Assembly (NCBI GenBank): GCA_973895155.1
Contig: OZ316899.1
Span: 16,643,974-16,707,973, forward strand
DNA length: 64,000 nt
Reading direction: 5' to 3'
Source of the DNA: Marsupella aquatica
Lineage: Eukaryota > Plantae > Marchantiophyta
Shown: piece after piece, positions 23,830 through 36,975 of the stretch
How positions within the stretch are numbered: position 1 is the first letter of the stretch
Layout of the letters: the number at the start of each line of letters is the position of its first letter
Made by a program: the position numbers and the translations under genes
The notes under the pieces: generated by a model
The model's database searches: none
What the model was told of the DNA's origin: nothing
Seen by the model: only the letters and a program-made list of their open reading frames with translations

Positions 23830-24685
23830 TGAGGTTTGCGAGGGCGCTGCACCAGTTGAGGAGGGGGCTATGTGAGATAAGGATGTTTATGAATGAAGGG
23901 TTAACTAACCATAAATTTTAGAATTTTTAAGTTTAAGATCTCAAATAAGGCTGAAGAGGGACCTGAAGACTACTTTGAAGTGGTATGAGACTTTCAAGCC
24001 CATCTGAGGTCAACCCGGATTGATATTAGAGAAGGAGGATCGACCCGGAACTTTTTACTATAAGCCGTGGTGAGATATAAAAGCTTACAACGCGACTCTA
24101 CTGAACAACAACTGTCCTTTGCCAAAGTTTTTAAAACCATAAGTTAAACACAAGCACGACCACAGCAGAATTTGGATATAAAGAAGGAGAGTCGATCCGG
24201 CCTCTCACACCTCTCAAAGCCAAACTTAGTAGGTTTTGAGCTCCCAAGCACATTAGGCTATTTAAGCAATAGAGTGAGGAGGCTCTACCCTTTTGATAGA
24301 GGATCTTGGGTCCGGATTATAGGACCAATCTTGCATTGCATGATGAGAGCCTGGATATCACTAGTACATATTACGCTCTTTTCCGATGCTCAATTTTTGC
24401 GAACAATTGACGTCCGATTCTCCTGAAATCGGAAAATCCCATTCTCATAGAATGGCAATATACCATACTCTTGGCTTCGGATATCTTCTTTTCCGATGTA
24501 AATACCAACGGAACCCATTCCGATGCCTTAAAAAACGGATCATATCCGTTATAAAATACATCGGATCCCTCAACAAAAACTTTGTTTAATAGGTCCAATG
24601 TTGTTTGTAACGGAAATAGTGTGCGTTGCAATATTGATCGCAAAGGTTCCGTAGTTGATAATAACGAACATTATATCCGATTATG

Positions 24686-24845
24686 GTAGAATGGGAAAGT
24701 CCGATGCTAGTAGAATGGGAAAGTCCGATGCTTGGAGAATGGGAAAGTCCGATGCAGGTAGAATGGGAAAGTCCGATGCTTGGAGAATGGGAAAGTCCAA
24801 TATTTGGAGAATGGGAAAGTCCGATGCTGGAAGAATGGGAAAGTT
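24686..24845 (+). repeat. 21-bp tandem repeat in the CACTA element (inverted counterpart near 25970-26100)
   Basis: About 7 units of AGAATGGGAAAGTCCGATGC followed by a few variable bases; reverse-complement units CATCGGACTTTCCCAT at the other end. Period checked from the 8-codon peptide repeat is 24 bp including the variable bases. Confidence 0.8.
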
Positions 24846-25404
24846 TGACTGTGATAGAATGACAAGTTATGATTGCATGTGTTAGATGGCCCATGTATGC
24901 AGTCACATCCCTCATACTCCCCCCAAAAGAGTACACAATCATTCTTGCATGTATGAATAATTTCATACTTGAGGCCAATAGATTGCAATGTCCTTTTTGT
25001 TCCCTTTCAAGACCCCGACATGTTGTTCCCTTCTGGCAGTATGCACGTACTGATGCAAAGTCCATTGAAATAGATCATCTGAAAGGAGGTTGCTTGTCCC
25101 GTGTAGTCTTTGTTGCAAGTTCATCAACAACATAATTTATAACTTAGGTGAGACAATCGAGAGCCCTTGACGCCAAGGTTTGGAGGGACTAAAATTTCTT
25201 CCATTAGCAAATAAGCCATATCCCATATCAGGTCCAATTAATAAAGGAGGGCTTTGCTATCCACAAATGACCTCAAATTCCTATTGGTTGCTCCAAGGGA
25301 GTGCTAGTCGGAGGGGAATTTGAATAGATCACACAAAAATCAAATGTCATGATACAGCAAAATCCATCAAGAATGGGTCCAAATTATGGGTCTAAATAAA
25401 CTCA

Positions 25405-25845
25405 AGAAGTGTATAAAATTCCCAAACACTCCAAGTCAAACATTAGAAGTACTAAGCTTGCATGTACAATGCAAGGAATATAAACCACCAAGTTAAGCTC
25501 ATGCTTGAGGAATAGCCATTGGGATGGGTGACCAATTAGTTGGTAAATGGAAAGTTGAATTCAGAAGTGTATAAAATCCTCAAACACTCTAAGTCAAACA
25601 TCAAAAGTACAAGCTTACATGTACAATGCAAGGGATAGAAACCACCAAGTTAAGCCCATGTTGGAGGAATAGTAATTGGGATGGGTGACCAATTGGTAAA
25701 TGAAGAAGTGTATAAAATCCTCAAACACTCTAAGTCAAACATCAAAAGTACTAAGCTTGCATGTACAATGCAAGGGATAGAAACCACCAAGTTAAGCGCA
25801 TGCTCGAGGAATAGCAACTGGGATGGGTGACCAATTAATTGGTAA
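25405..25845 (+). repeat. About 150-bp tandem repeat, three copies, inside the CACTA element
   Basis: Units begin AGAAGTGTATAAAAT near 25405, 25563 and 25704. Confidence 0.85.
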
Positions 25846-26629
25846 TAAAAGGAGATGGGGCACCACACTTGTAGTTGAAGAATGAAGGGTGAAATCTAAA
25901 GGGAGAGAGGGGTGACCATATGCTCCCGCTCCAATAGATATCTTATGCTTATCCCATTTTAATTGTTTTGGATTTTCCCATGCTCCCACCATCGGATTTT
26001 CCCATGCTCTCACCATTGGACTTTCCCATTCTTTGAGCATCGGACTTTCCCATTCTCCCAGCATCGGACTTTCCCATGCTCTCACCATCGGACTTTCCGA
26101 TAGTAGTCCGATTGTCGATATCCGATACTATTAACATGGCATATTACGATGTTGGAAGAATCGGATATATGATTTTTTCAGATTTTATTTTCCAAAGGCG
26201 TCCGATGCGGCGAGGGTCGGAAAAAGGAGGTAAAATGTACTAGTGTATGGGGGTACTGACTGATTCGTTGTGAGGGGAATGCCTACTCCACCGCTGGGAG
26301 TGAAGGCAGGAAGTTTGAGATCCTGATCGTGGATACATCGGTAGTGAGAAGGGCGGCCAGGTCGACCCGGACATCACCATTGCAGGCCCGATTGAGTCTA
26401 GCTTTTCCCCAAGTTTGATGCACCTGCATTGTGGTTGACGGAATCTTGATACACTTCTCCAGAAAATCTTGTCAGTTGATCAGGAACGCTACGGCCAGGT
26501 CGACCCGGACATTTCTACCATTGGTCAACACCGAAGCAATTGAACATTCTGAAGTCGTAGAATTGTAGAGCTCGCCGTAGAGGAGGCAGACCATTTATTG
26601 GAAATCAATTTGCTGCTTCCAGCAATCCT

Positions 26630-29106
26630 ATGGAGCAAGGGGCGGATCCAGCTAGAATGTCCACTTCTCGCGTTTCTAAGGGGTATTCAACCTCAACATC
26701 ACCTGCACCTACTTCGGTTAAAGCCCCTGTGAGACAATTGAAGAGAAAAGAGGTCCCTGTTGCCATGAAAATTCTAAGGCCAGCTATTCCGGACAGTGAA
26801 ACTGAGAAGGTCAAATTGAGGGAGTCTTTGCTCAGGATGGGCTGTGAGTCTCTGATGGAGCTACCCTGGAGTTATCAGAGCGAAGATATGATTAGAGAGA
26901 TCCGATCCAAGGAGTATTAGGCTGAGTTTAAGGATACCTCCAGAGTCCGACCTGAGCGATGGACTCAGATGATGGTTGCAGGAGCTTTTGTATTAGAGGA
27001 TGAAGGAGAAGGTCTAGTGGGGAGAGCTGTCAATCTAATCCTTCCTTACTTCAAAGGAGCCATCGACAATAAGGACGGGTTCAATGTTTCTAAGTGTTTG
27101 GATCCTGATTTGAAACGAGTCTTCAGCTTCCTGCTACCCCTGCTGTATCCTGAGAAGTCAAGAAGAGTTACTATTGGAGTTGGCTCTACCATTGTTGCTG
27201 CTTACAAGGGAGAAAGAAAAGTCAACTGGGCTAAGCTTATCTTTGATCTGATAAGGAAGTTGGTATAGAACCTGTCCAATAAGGGTCCTACTCCCCTCTC
27301 CTGCTACCTGGTACATCTATATAGCTTTGAAGGAGTCTTGTTCAGAGAGGAGAAGAAGTTACTATTGGCCAAGTTCAACTTCATAAAGTATGGAGAGACA
27401 GATCCGGATATCACCCAGGCCACCTTTGATGACAGTGAGGATGACAAACCAGCAGAGACAAATCCTTGAAAGACCCGGTCTGCTGCCCGGACCCGGACTT
27501 TTCCGACTCGACCTTCGTCGACCCGGCTGAAAAAAGGAGAAATGGAGGACTTTCGGAACTCAAAATCTTCTGAAATTTTTTCTAAGAATTATGATGGAAC
27601 TAAGGTAAAATCCTAAGTTCAACTGATGAGTCTACTGACAACTATAAAGAATTTCAAGCTATGGGGTTTTACGGAGGGGATTGTGGATCCAAAAGCCTGT
27701 CAGAAAATTAAAATAGAACCTGGTAAATTCCTTAACATAAGTAAACACATTCAAGGAGATTTGAGGGAGAAATACATCGATCTACTCAAGCAATACCAAG
27801 ATGTGTTTGATTGGAGCCACAAGGACATCAAGGGAATTCATCCATATTTGGGACAACACCGAATTGATCTTATTGAAGGATCAGTACCAATTCGGCAAAG
27901 ACAGTACCGACTCAACCCTAAGTACTCCATTATGGTTAAAGAAGAGAAAGATAAGCTAACTGAAGCAGGATTTATTTTTCCAGTACTCAACAGCGAATGG
28001 GTATCCCTCATTGTCATTGTTCCCAAGAAGTCTGGACCTGATGGCAAGGTCAAGATCCGTGTGTGTCAAGATTATCGCAAGCTCAATGCGGTTACCAGGA
28101 AAGATCACTACCCTCTACCATTTATTGACCTCGTTTTGGACACATTAGCTGGTCATGCTCTATTCAATTTCCTTGAGGGGTATTCAGGATAGAACCAAGT
28201 TTTCATGAGGGAAGAAGACAGGGATAAGACCACTTTTACGACAAATTGGGGTACTTATGCTTTTAATGTAATGCCGTTTGGATTGTGTAACGCCATGCCT
28301 CCCAAGACACCCTAGCTGATTTCCAGATCATCTCAGACACATTCCAGAAGGTGAAGAGGAAGACCACTATGATGGAGAAGGTCATCACTGACATTTCTCA
28401 GAAGTTAGGAGTGAAACCAGGGCAGATTCTTGAGAAGATCTCCACCATGAGTGATGCCACAGATAAGAGGAAGTTGGAGAAGGAGAATGAGTTCCTCAAG
28501 AAGAAGGTATCTGAACTCAAACAGCAGTTAGAAAGGAGTAAGAAGAAGAATGAGCTTGAGCATACTCTCTAACTCAGTATCACTCAATCTTTGGATCTGA
28601 TTGAGCCTTTGACTAAGATAGCTTCTCTGGATCTTCTTAAGGCCCAGATTTATGATGAGTATTTGGCCAAGAACACCACACCCATCCTTTTCTCCAAGAT
28701 TAACCATTTAGTGGTAGATGTGAGTGCCAAGGTGGATGATGCACTTACGGGCCTCTCAAAGACCTGTGAAGCCTTAAGGGAGATGAGTGACTTGACTACA
28801 GAGGAGCTATTAGCTGATACTGAGATTCCTCCCTTTACTACCAAGTCTTTCTCTCCTAGTCCTCATGAAGGAGTCTATTCCACTGGCCCCTCATCACTCC
28901 TCAACCCTCCTGGTTTCCCCACTCCCAGTACACACTTCCACTCCCATTCTTACACTTATTCTCATGACCCAAGTGCCCATCAGGAGAACATGGATATTGA
29001 CCCGTCCATCCCTTTTACCACTGGCCAGCAGGGAGTTTTCCTTCGACCAGAACCCCTTGCCATGGCTAACGCTGAAGAGGTTCCTTCCCAAAAGCTAGGA
29101 CCATAA
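26630..29106 (+). pseudogene. Family C accessory ORF (PMD/transposon-protein-like region plus coiled coil), interrupted
   Basis: ORFs 26630-26920, 26969-27268, 28351-28572 and 28591-29106. Motifs GCESLMELPW and YFKGAIDNKDGFNVSKC parallel GLEAFVRLPW and SFPGPSTKNGFFRNTC of the family A LTR ORF. Confidence 0.7.
27530..28294 (+). pseudogene. Isolated RT N-terminal fragment inserted in the family C accessory ORF (boundaries approximate)
   Basis: KKSGPDGKVKIRVCQDYRKLN...MPFGLCNA, then an abrupt return to accessory-ORF sequence; no TSD seen. Confidence 0.85.
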
Positions 29107-30102
29107 TAGAGTTATATTTAGAGAGTTGGAGCCACATTAGTACGTTTAGACCTAGAAATAGCTATATAGATTAGTATATGAGTAAGTAGACTCCAGTATT
29201 TTGTTTATGTAGTTATTGGAGACTCTACTCCATTTTTTAATAGGGTAGCTTACATTTGTTTACATATTCCTTTAGACTTGAGTTTTGAAAAGGCATGTCT
29301 TTTCATAATTCCCTCTTTTAGTATAAAAGGAGGAGAACTCGAAGTCAAAGAGGGAGAGAAAATATACATTTGATTTCCTCATTGCCTTTGAAGGAATCTA
29401 TGCCTTTTCTTCCCTTCTTTTTACCATGGTTGAGTAAAAGGAAGAAGTTCTAGCAACCCTTGAGTTGTTGTGAAGTGTTCAAGGAATGCTAGAGTGTGCC
29501 TTAATGATATTGGAAGATCAATGAGGTTTGTGACCAATACATTTGGAAGATTCACCAAAGAGGAAATTGACATTTGCACAAAACTCAAACAAGCAATCTT
29601 AAGGATTGTAGGACAAGTAAGCCAATTCAAGTATCCGAGTACCGTCCTTAACAAGACCAGAAAAGTGTCCCGGGTTGATTTACATTCATGTCTTCTAAAT
29701 TCAATAGATGGAGAAGAGTTGCTACGAGAAAATCAAAAAACATAGAAAATGTTGATTTCTGAATTTTAAATTAGGCCATAATCCTTATTGAAGGAGTGGT
29801 GATGGTCAGAAATTCAATTCCCTTGCACTTCGAAAACTCCTATCTACTCTCCCTCTAGTTTTAATCTTTTGTTAATTCTAGTCTTTATTATTGCACTGTG
29901 AATCCTAAGGATTACCCACTTGAGTTGTGGTTAAACACTTATGTTAAGAAGATCATTAGAAATCTCTCCAACCTAGAGAATGTTGGTGAAAACTTCTCAA
30001 ATTATGTTAATTTGGTCTTTTTGATCTCATCCACTCCTAACCGGAACAAAACCGAGTTGTTAAGGAGTAACTAGTCATTTATCTCTTTATCACCTTGCTA
30101 CA

Positions 30103-31412
30103 GAATTCCTGAAATTTTAGAGGAATTCAACGACGTGCTCTCGCAAAATCTACCTAAAGGTTTACCCCCGCGGAGAGAAGTGGATCACCAAGTTGAGTTG
30201 GAGTTGGGATCGGCTCCTCAAGCTAAAGCTCCTTATCGTCTAAACCTGAACGAGCAAATGATGTTGAAGAATGCCTTGGAAGAGTTGATCGACCAAGGGT
30301 TCATTTGCCCTAGTAAGAGTCCTTACGGGGCGCCCGCGCTGTTTGTGTCCAAAAAGGATGGTACTTTGAGATTGTGCACAGATTACCGGGCACTCAATAA
30401 GCAGACGGTAAAGAACAAGTACCCGTTACCTCATATGGATGACCTCTTTGATTGCCTCTCCGGGGCTAAGAAGTTTTCAAAGGTGGACTTGCGGTCTGGG
30501 TATTACCAGATCCGCATGGCTAAGGGAGACGAGTATAAGACCGCAATGCGCACAAGGTTCGGATCCTATGAGTTTTTGGTTATGCCGTTCGGGTTGTGTA
30601 ATGCAACCGCAATGTTCATGAAGATGATGAATACCATCTTTCATGACTTGTTGGACCAAGGAGTGGTCGTCTTTATTGACGACATCCTAATCTACTCGAA
30701 AACGTTGGAGGAACATGAGCAGTTGCTTAGAGAAGTGTTCTCTTGCCTTTGTAAGGCTCGTCTCTTTGCTAAACCTAGCAAGTGCGAGTTTGCGATAAAC
30801 AAGATTCAGTTCCTTGACCATACCTTTACCCCAGAAGGGATTACGCCTAGTCAGGACAAGCTTAAGGAGATCAAAGAATGGGAGCGCCCGTCCAATGTAA
30901 GGCAAGTTAGAGCCTTCTTAGGATTTACGGGGTTCTATCGGAGATACATGAAAGACTATGCGAGGATCGCGAGGCCCCTAAACGCGCTAACGTTGAAAAA
31001 CAAAGTGTTTGTGTGGACACAAGATTGCGAGTTAGCATTCCTAGAACTTAAGAGGTTCATGATAACGTCGCCGGTTCTAAAGTTACCTGAGATGGGGAAG
31101 CCGTTCGAGATTTGGACAGACGCAAGTGATTATGCCATTGGCGCCTGTCTTCACCAAGATGGGCGTCCTGTGGCCTTTGAGTCATGTAAGTTGGAAAATC
31201 ACTGGATCACACCGGAAAGGGAAATGTATGCTGTGATCTATGCGTTGAAGAAATGGGAGATTTACCTTAAGAACGGTCCCAAAGTGGTAATCCACACATA
31301 TAGCTCGCCAGCCGGGTACTTCAGTTCTAAGCCAAGGCTGAACCCCAAGGAAATGCGCTGGCAGATGTTCTTGGCGGATTTTGATTTCAAAGTCCACCAC
31401 GTTCTAGGGAAG
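30103..31412 (+). pseudogene. pol: Family B reverse transcriptase and RNase H
   Basis: GLPPRREVDH, SPYGAPALFV, DYRALN, DLRSGYYQ, FIDD and TDASDYAIGA. Cut at HVLGK by transposon D. Confidence 0.95.
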
Positions 31413-31960
31413 ATCAGCCTTTTCATTAAAAGTGTATTATTATTTTATTTATGTACATTTGGGCAATGAAAAATGTATTTTTGGGCGAGGAAAAGTGTAC
31501 ATTTGGCCAATGAAAAGTGTACATTTGGGGCTTTAAAAGTGTATATTTGAGTACATTTGAGTGAAAGAAACATATATTTGGCTTAAAAAGTGTACATTTA
31601 AGTGCAGTTGGTCTACAAAGTGTAACTTTGAGTGCAACAAAGTGTACATTTGGCCTAAAAAGTGTACATTTTCCTACCAACTCTTATTATAATCATTTAA
31701 AAGAAAGGAATGAATAGAAAAATATTTTTAATTATGCAAAAAAGCAAACATTCATATTCATAACATTCAAAAGTTTAGAAAATGAGGAGATAGTATAACT
31801 AACACTCAATGACATGGTCTCACATTAAAACTATTAGAATAGTAAATAACTAGTACGTAAGTTACTATGTTTGAATGAGTGTCGACTATTTACATAAAAA
31901 CTAGGTAAGTAACTATCTAAATTAATTTAATTATTATAGCTTCGCAAGTAACAACTAAGT

Positions 31961-34900
31961 CTACTTGTCCATCCTTTGGAGATAACATTGGACAGTTTGT
32001 AGAACATTTCGAGGAATCTTCAAACCTCTGCCCGCCATGTTTTCTTCTTTCATGCCAGATTTAAAACCATACATTGCAGAATTTGCATACTGCCAATGTT
32101 GAGCGTTCTCACCAAACCCTGGATCTCGTTCCCATGTCTTAGTGGACATGAAGCAGTTTAGATACCGTGCACTCTCAGTCACATCAAGTTTAGAGTGTTT
32201 AGGCCTCCACCATTTGACTGGAAACATTGGAGCATATTTTTGAGGCAGAGGAGGGTTTGTTGGAGATGTAGTTGGGACTTCATGCTTAGGGTCCACCAAA
32301 CCCAAAGCTCTCACTAACCAAAAATGACCTCCACCATTTTTATTCTCCCAATCATCCTCGGGTCAAAGAAATACAAAGTTCCTTTCATGGATATCCTGTA
32401 GGGGAATCCACCGTCCTTGTTCTCTCTCAGCTCAAGATCCAACAAATGGTGTTGCTTGATCTTCCATCTCTTCCAAGATCTCATTTTGAAGAGCCGTCAT
32501 CTCTGCATTCTCCTCATCTTCACTTGGAGGACCACTTTGTTCCGGTTGGTTGACCTTGTAACCAGTGCCGTGGTTAGTCTTAGGCCAAAATCTATTTTTC
32601 AAGGGAAATTGAGTACTTCCCTCCCCTTCTAGTGCGAGCCCATTTGTCAACAACTCCACAATTCTCTCCCAAAATTTCACAAGAGGAAATCTTTCCTTAT
32701 ATGCTATAGATGTCTCATCAGTGCAACTCCTTCTCAAAAAATCAAGGTACTTGTTAAGAAATGGGATAATCTCTTCAGATTTTTTGTGTATCTCTCCAAT
32801 GGATTTAGCTAAGGGCTCTCCACTAGGTAAAAGAAGAGAATTTGTTGTCAAATCTGTTGCCCAAATACACCTCCCTCCAACTGGAGCCCAAGCTTGCTTT
32901 ACATGGGACTTATACTAAAATATTGGTACATTATCTCTCATAGAGAAAATAAATGATACGGATTTTGAGTGACCTTGAATATCTTTAACTTTGAAAGTTT
33001 GAAGATATTCTTTGTAAAATGCAACTTCTTGTATCAATCTGGGAACTGGATGAATGCTCTCACATTCCCAAACCTTTGCCATAAGAGCAAGGAGAGTTGC
33101 AACTTCCTTGTGCTGAACTTGATATGATACCTTCGAAAAGAGTGCATCAACATCTTTGTGTGTATGACCAACCATTAGAAAAGACATTTGAACAGTTTCA
33201 AATACTCCTCTACTCACAAGCTCACTACAAAATGCCATGACAGTCTGGTTTTTGTTATCCTTTGCTGAGTTATCCATTTGCAGTGTTAGGTGCCTTGGCA
33301 AGGGCTTGAAAGATGGGCTGCCTTGTTCCCCATGCATGTCCCCTCCTTGATCCTCACCATGTTGGGTGGAGAGCGTCTCCGTCTGACTCTCGGCTGCATC
33401 TTCAAAACCAATATACCTATTCATTGGAATACTCTTTGGTTCCAAATATCCCTTAAAAAATGCATCAAAGTCAAGAAGGGCTTGAAAGAAAGGTCTATGA
33501 GGTTCCAAATAAAGGTCATCCAACATGTCACCTGTCTTGTCTCCATTGTACTCGTCAAGGTCTTGAAGACACTTAGCCAAGGATGTCACCGTGAAATCAA
33601 CATCTCTTGGCCAAAGGCCAGTGACACTAAAGTGTGCATAGACTCCTAGATTCCTTCCGTGGGTCAACATCCCTATGAGAGCAATAGGTAGTGGCATTCC
33701 ATGACCCGAAAGCGATTTAGGAGTACTAACCATTTTTGGAATCCACGTCTTTGCTTGATCCATCTTGTCGTGAATGATGCAAAGATATTCCCCTGGATAT
33801 TGCTTAGCCATCACTCGATGAGCATAGTAAACATATCTATGTGACATCTGCTCACAAAGATGTTGCGCTCGTTTTTCTTCAATTTCAGCATGCTCTTTTT
33901 TCCTTCTTTCTCGCATCAAACTATCTTTGTATTCACAACAAAGAGTACATTTGGCAAATGCACCATCTTTATGGAAACTGAAGTTTGCAAATGATTTGCT
34001 CCAAATCTTGTACAGAGTATTCTCTGTAACTGGAGGAAGCCCCTCTTCCTTCATCTTTGTTCTCACATCTTCCAAAATCTCCAACTTCTTGTAACATGCT
34101 GGAAGACGATACTCAATGAAGTCTGTCCCATGAGCCCCAGCATAAGGTATATGAGGCATGGGCTCTGCATTTTGAGTCAAAAAATCCTCCAACAGAGCTC
34201 GTGCATGCAAGGTATTTGTCCTTGTTTTCATGGAGCCCGTGTTTCCATGGAACCCAATTTTCCAACCCTCCACATATCTCCTTTTGTAATCATAATATTT
34301 CATGTGGCTAAAGCTATGGATGATTGCAAATGCATGTCTACATACGACCATACCCTTGAGAACATGGTGCCCCTTATCACGAACATCATCTTCTCTATAG
34401 TGGAAGAGGTTGAAAATGTGTGATGTTTTTGACTCGCTAGACATCCCGTGAAATTCTATCCGGATATCTTCTATGTCTTCTCTTGGCATAGTCAGACAAC
34501 ATTTCTGCTTGCAACAATTCTCTCTTTTAATTTCATCAATCGAAGCTTCCGTTGTTTTTGAAACTGCCTTGGTTTCCAACAACCTTCTCTTCTTTTCAAT
34601 CGGATCTACATGAGTCCTCTTGTTGAAATTGTATAGCCTTGTGCGCGGCATTCCCCTATCATTTACATTTGGATAGAGATCATCCCTATCCATCGTCTCC
34701 ATCCTCTCTGAACCTTCAACCAAAATGTCCGACAAAAATTTCCCGTTTGCAAGTAGTTTTGTTGAATCAATCCGCCACCGAACCAAAGTAATTACTCCCC
34801 TATGGAAATTGGAAAAGTATTGTGATTCCACCACATCTTTCACAGCAATCCCTACATGGTCCTCACCAAGGATTTCATCGTCAACCGCCGTCGTTTCTTG

Positions 34901-35750
34901 AGGCACAGTGATGGTCCCCGTGGCAACCCTATTGGTTTGATCTGAACCGATGTATAGTTCGACCAACTCTGACATCCAATTTGACCGTTGGAAATAGTCA
35001 CAATTAGTTTTAGAAATTTCAGCTGAGGGAGACTTCGCAACAAAACTCCGCTCTATGTTGATATCATCGCCCGCAGCCTTCTTTGAGAAACTTTTTCTAC
35101 TTCGGACATCTGCCACATCCCAGAGAACCCATGAGTCTTTTGCCTCGTCAATTGTTTCAGCCCTGCTGTGTTTGTAAGGTAAAACCCTACTCCCATGAAT
35201 GACATCAGTGACCCTCACACTGATCCGTGATTCACCAAGTAAAATGTTGTGAATCTTTCCGTTGGATTTGTATTGAAAACAACTCCAAGGGCTACACAAC
35301 ACCCAAAGATGAACATTTCAACCTCATCCCCTTGCCTCAGAGTGGTCGATGAGTCCTCCTCTACAATTGGATTTTTTTCCCAATTACTCTCCAGTTGATT
35401 TGAACAACTACCTAAACCCTAAACTCTAAACCCTAAACCCTAAACCCTAATGCATTTTTGAGAATTTATTATCGTTGATAGATATGCGCAAGACAAATCC
35501 CAAATAACGCAAGAATCAATGGCATCAAAAAGGTTTTCTGCCCGAGGCATTGGAAATGGTAGTTTTGTGGTTCGGTCAAAAACTTTCTCAATGAGAATGC
35601 CCATTCGATTCTCTCTCAACAATATCTTTTGAACACTATCTTGCGGGTTGATTTTTTGAATTGTCCCGCTTGCAACATCGTAACCACCAATTGTCAATAT
35701 CACATTGTCGCCTCTCAAAAATATTCCGGTCATTCCTACAACGTGTTCAC
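31961..35750 (-). pseudogene. Transposase of element D
   Basis: Main ORF 32915-35302 with KCTLC..H, IIHDKMDQAK, LQMDNSAKDNKN and FLMVGHTHKDVDALFS (DDD-type triad). Extensions 35440-35733, 32432-32851 and 31961-32314 lie across stops and frameshifts. Candidate splice acceptor near 35751. Confidence 0.8.
35411..35450 (+). repeat. Interstitial telomeric repeat (CCCTAAA)n
   Basis: About 5.7 units, one of them CTCTAAA, within the transposase N-terminal region. Confidence 0.9.
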
Positions 35751-35814
35751 CTGCACAATTTGAAATGTAAGGTATTAGTTAACAATGGTCCCAACTAGGA
35801 AGCAAATAGGTGTG

Positions 35815-36975
35815 AACCCTATCCAAGGAAAGTGCGCAAATAGGGATCATCCCCATCAAGCAAAATAATAGGTCCCTAAACAATCCTTATCTAGCCCTAA
35901 GATCCCTGATCCCTATTCAAACGTTGGATAGGGATGATCCTTGTCCAGACGGCAGATAGGTTCTGTCACTGTCCAAACAATGGACATAGATGATCCCTGT
36001 AAACGGCGGATAGGGATCATCCCTGTCAAAAATACGGTCAGGGATGATCCCTGTCAGAACGGTGGATAGGGTCTGTCACTGTCCAAAGGGCGGACACAGC
36101 TGATCCCTGTCCAAATGGCGGATAGGGTCTATCACTGTCCAAACAATAGACATGGATGATTGAAGGTCCGGATCACTTAGGATCACTCAACGGTCCTATC
36201 TGAAAGTAAAACCTTTCATATTGGGTTCCCATAAAGCAAATACCTCAAACGACAGAGAGGGATCATCCCTATCCAAATGGTGGACAGGGATCATCTCTAT
36301 CCAAAAGCCGGACAGGGATCATCCCTATCCAAACGGTGGACAGGGATCATCCCTATCCAAATGGTGGACAGGGATCATCTCTATCCAAAAGCCGGACAGG
36401 GATCATCCCCATCCAAACGGTGGACAGGGATCATCCCTATCCAAAAGCCGGACAGGGATCATCCCTATCCAAATGGTGGACAGGGATCATCTCTATCCAA
36501 AAGCCGGACAGGGATCATCCCCATCCAAATGGTGGACAAGGATCATCTCTATCCAAATGGTGGACAGGGATCATCTCTATCCAAAAGCCGGACAGGGATC
36601 ATCCCCATCCAAATGGTGGACAGGGATCATCCCTATCCAAATGGCGGACATGGATCATCTCTATCCAAACAGTGGATAGGGATCATCTCTATCCAAAAGC
36701 CGGACAAGGATCATCCCCATCCAAACGGTGGACAGAGATCATCCCTATCCAAACGGTGGACAGGGATCATCCCTATCCAAAAGCCGGGCAGGGATCATCC
36801 CCATCCAAATGGTGGACAGGATCATCTCTATCCAAACGGTGGACACACAATATTCTTATCCAAAAGCCGGACAGGGATCATCCCCATCCAAATGGTGGAC
36901 ATGGATCATCTCTATCCAAACGGTGGACAGACATCATTCTTATCCAAACAGCACATAGGGATGAACCCTATCAAA
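35815..36975. repeat. 28-bp tandem array of a palindromic unit
   Basis: GGACAGGGATCATCYCTATCCAAA plus AGCC/TGGT/CGGT; about 26 regular units at 36250-36975 and degenerate units at 35815-36160. Confidence 0.95.

Larger units (their letters stand above)
24359..26245 (-). mobile_element. Non-autonomous CACTA/EnSpm element
   Basis: TIRs CACTAGTACA...TGTACTAGTG, TAT 3-bp TSD, subterminal TCCGAT/ATCGGA repeats, and transposase remnant IGLKYEIIHTCKNDCVLFWGEY on the - strand near 24900-24990. Confidence 0.93.
21630..30102 (+). mobile_element. Family C non-chromovirus gypsy element, 5'-truncated (RNase H-integrase plus putative 3' LTR)
   Basis: RH-INT related to family A. PPT GAGGAGGGGG at 23858-23867, then TGTGAG at 23871 through GCTACA at 30102, after which B pol resumes (IPEILEEFNDVL). 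Confidence 0.8.
23871..30102 (+). repeat. Putative family C 3' LTR containing an ORF and two insertions
   Basis: TGT...ACA termini directly after the PPT; only one copy in the window. Confidence 0.65.

Noticed and set aside
36250-36975. CRISPR array
   Set aside because: The palindromic repeats are separated by only a few recurring bases rather than unique spacers, there are no cas genes, and the context is eukaryotic.
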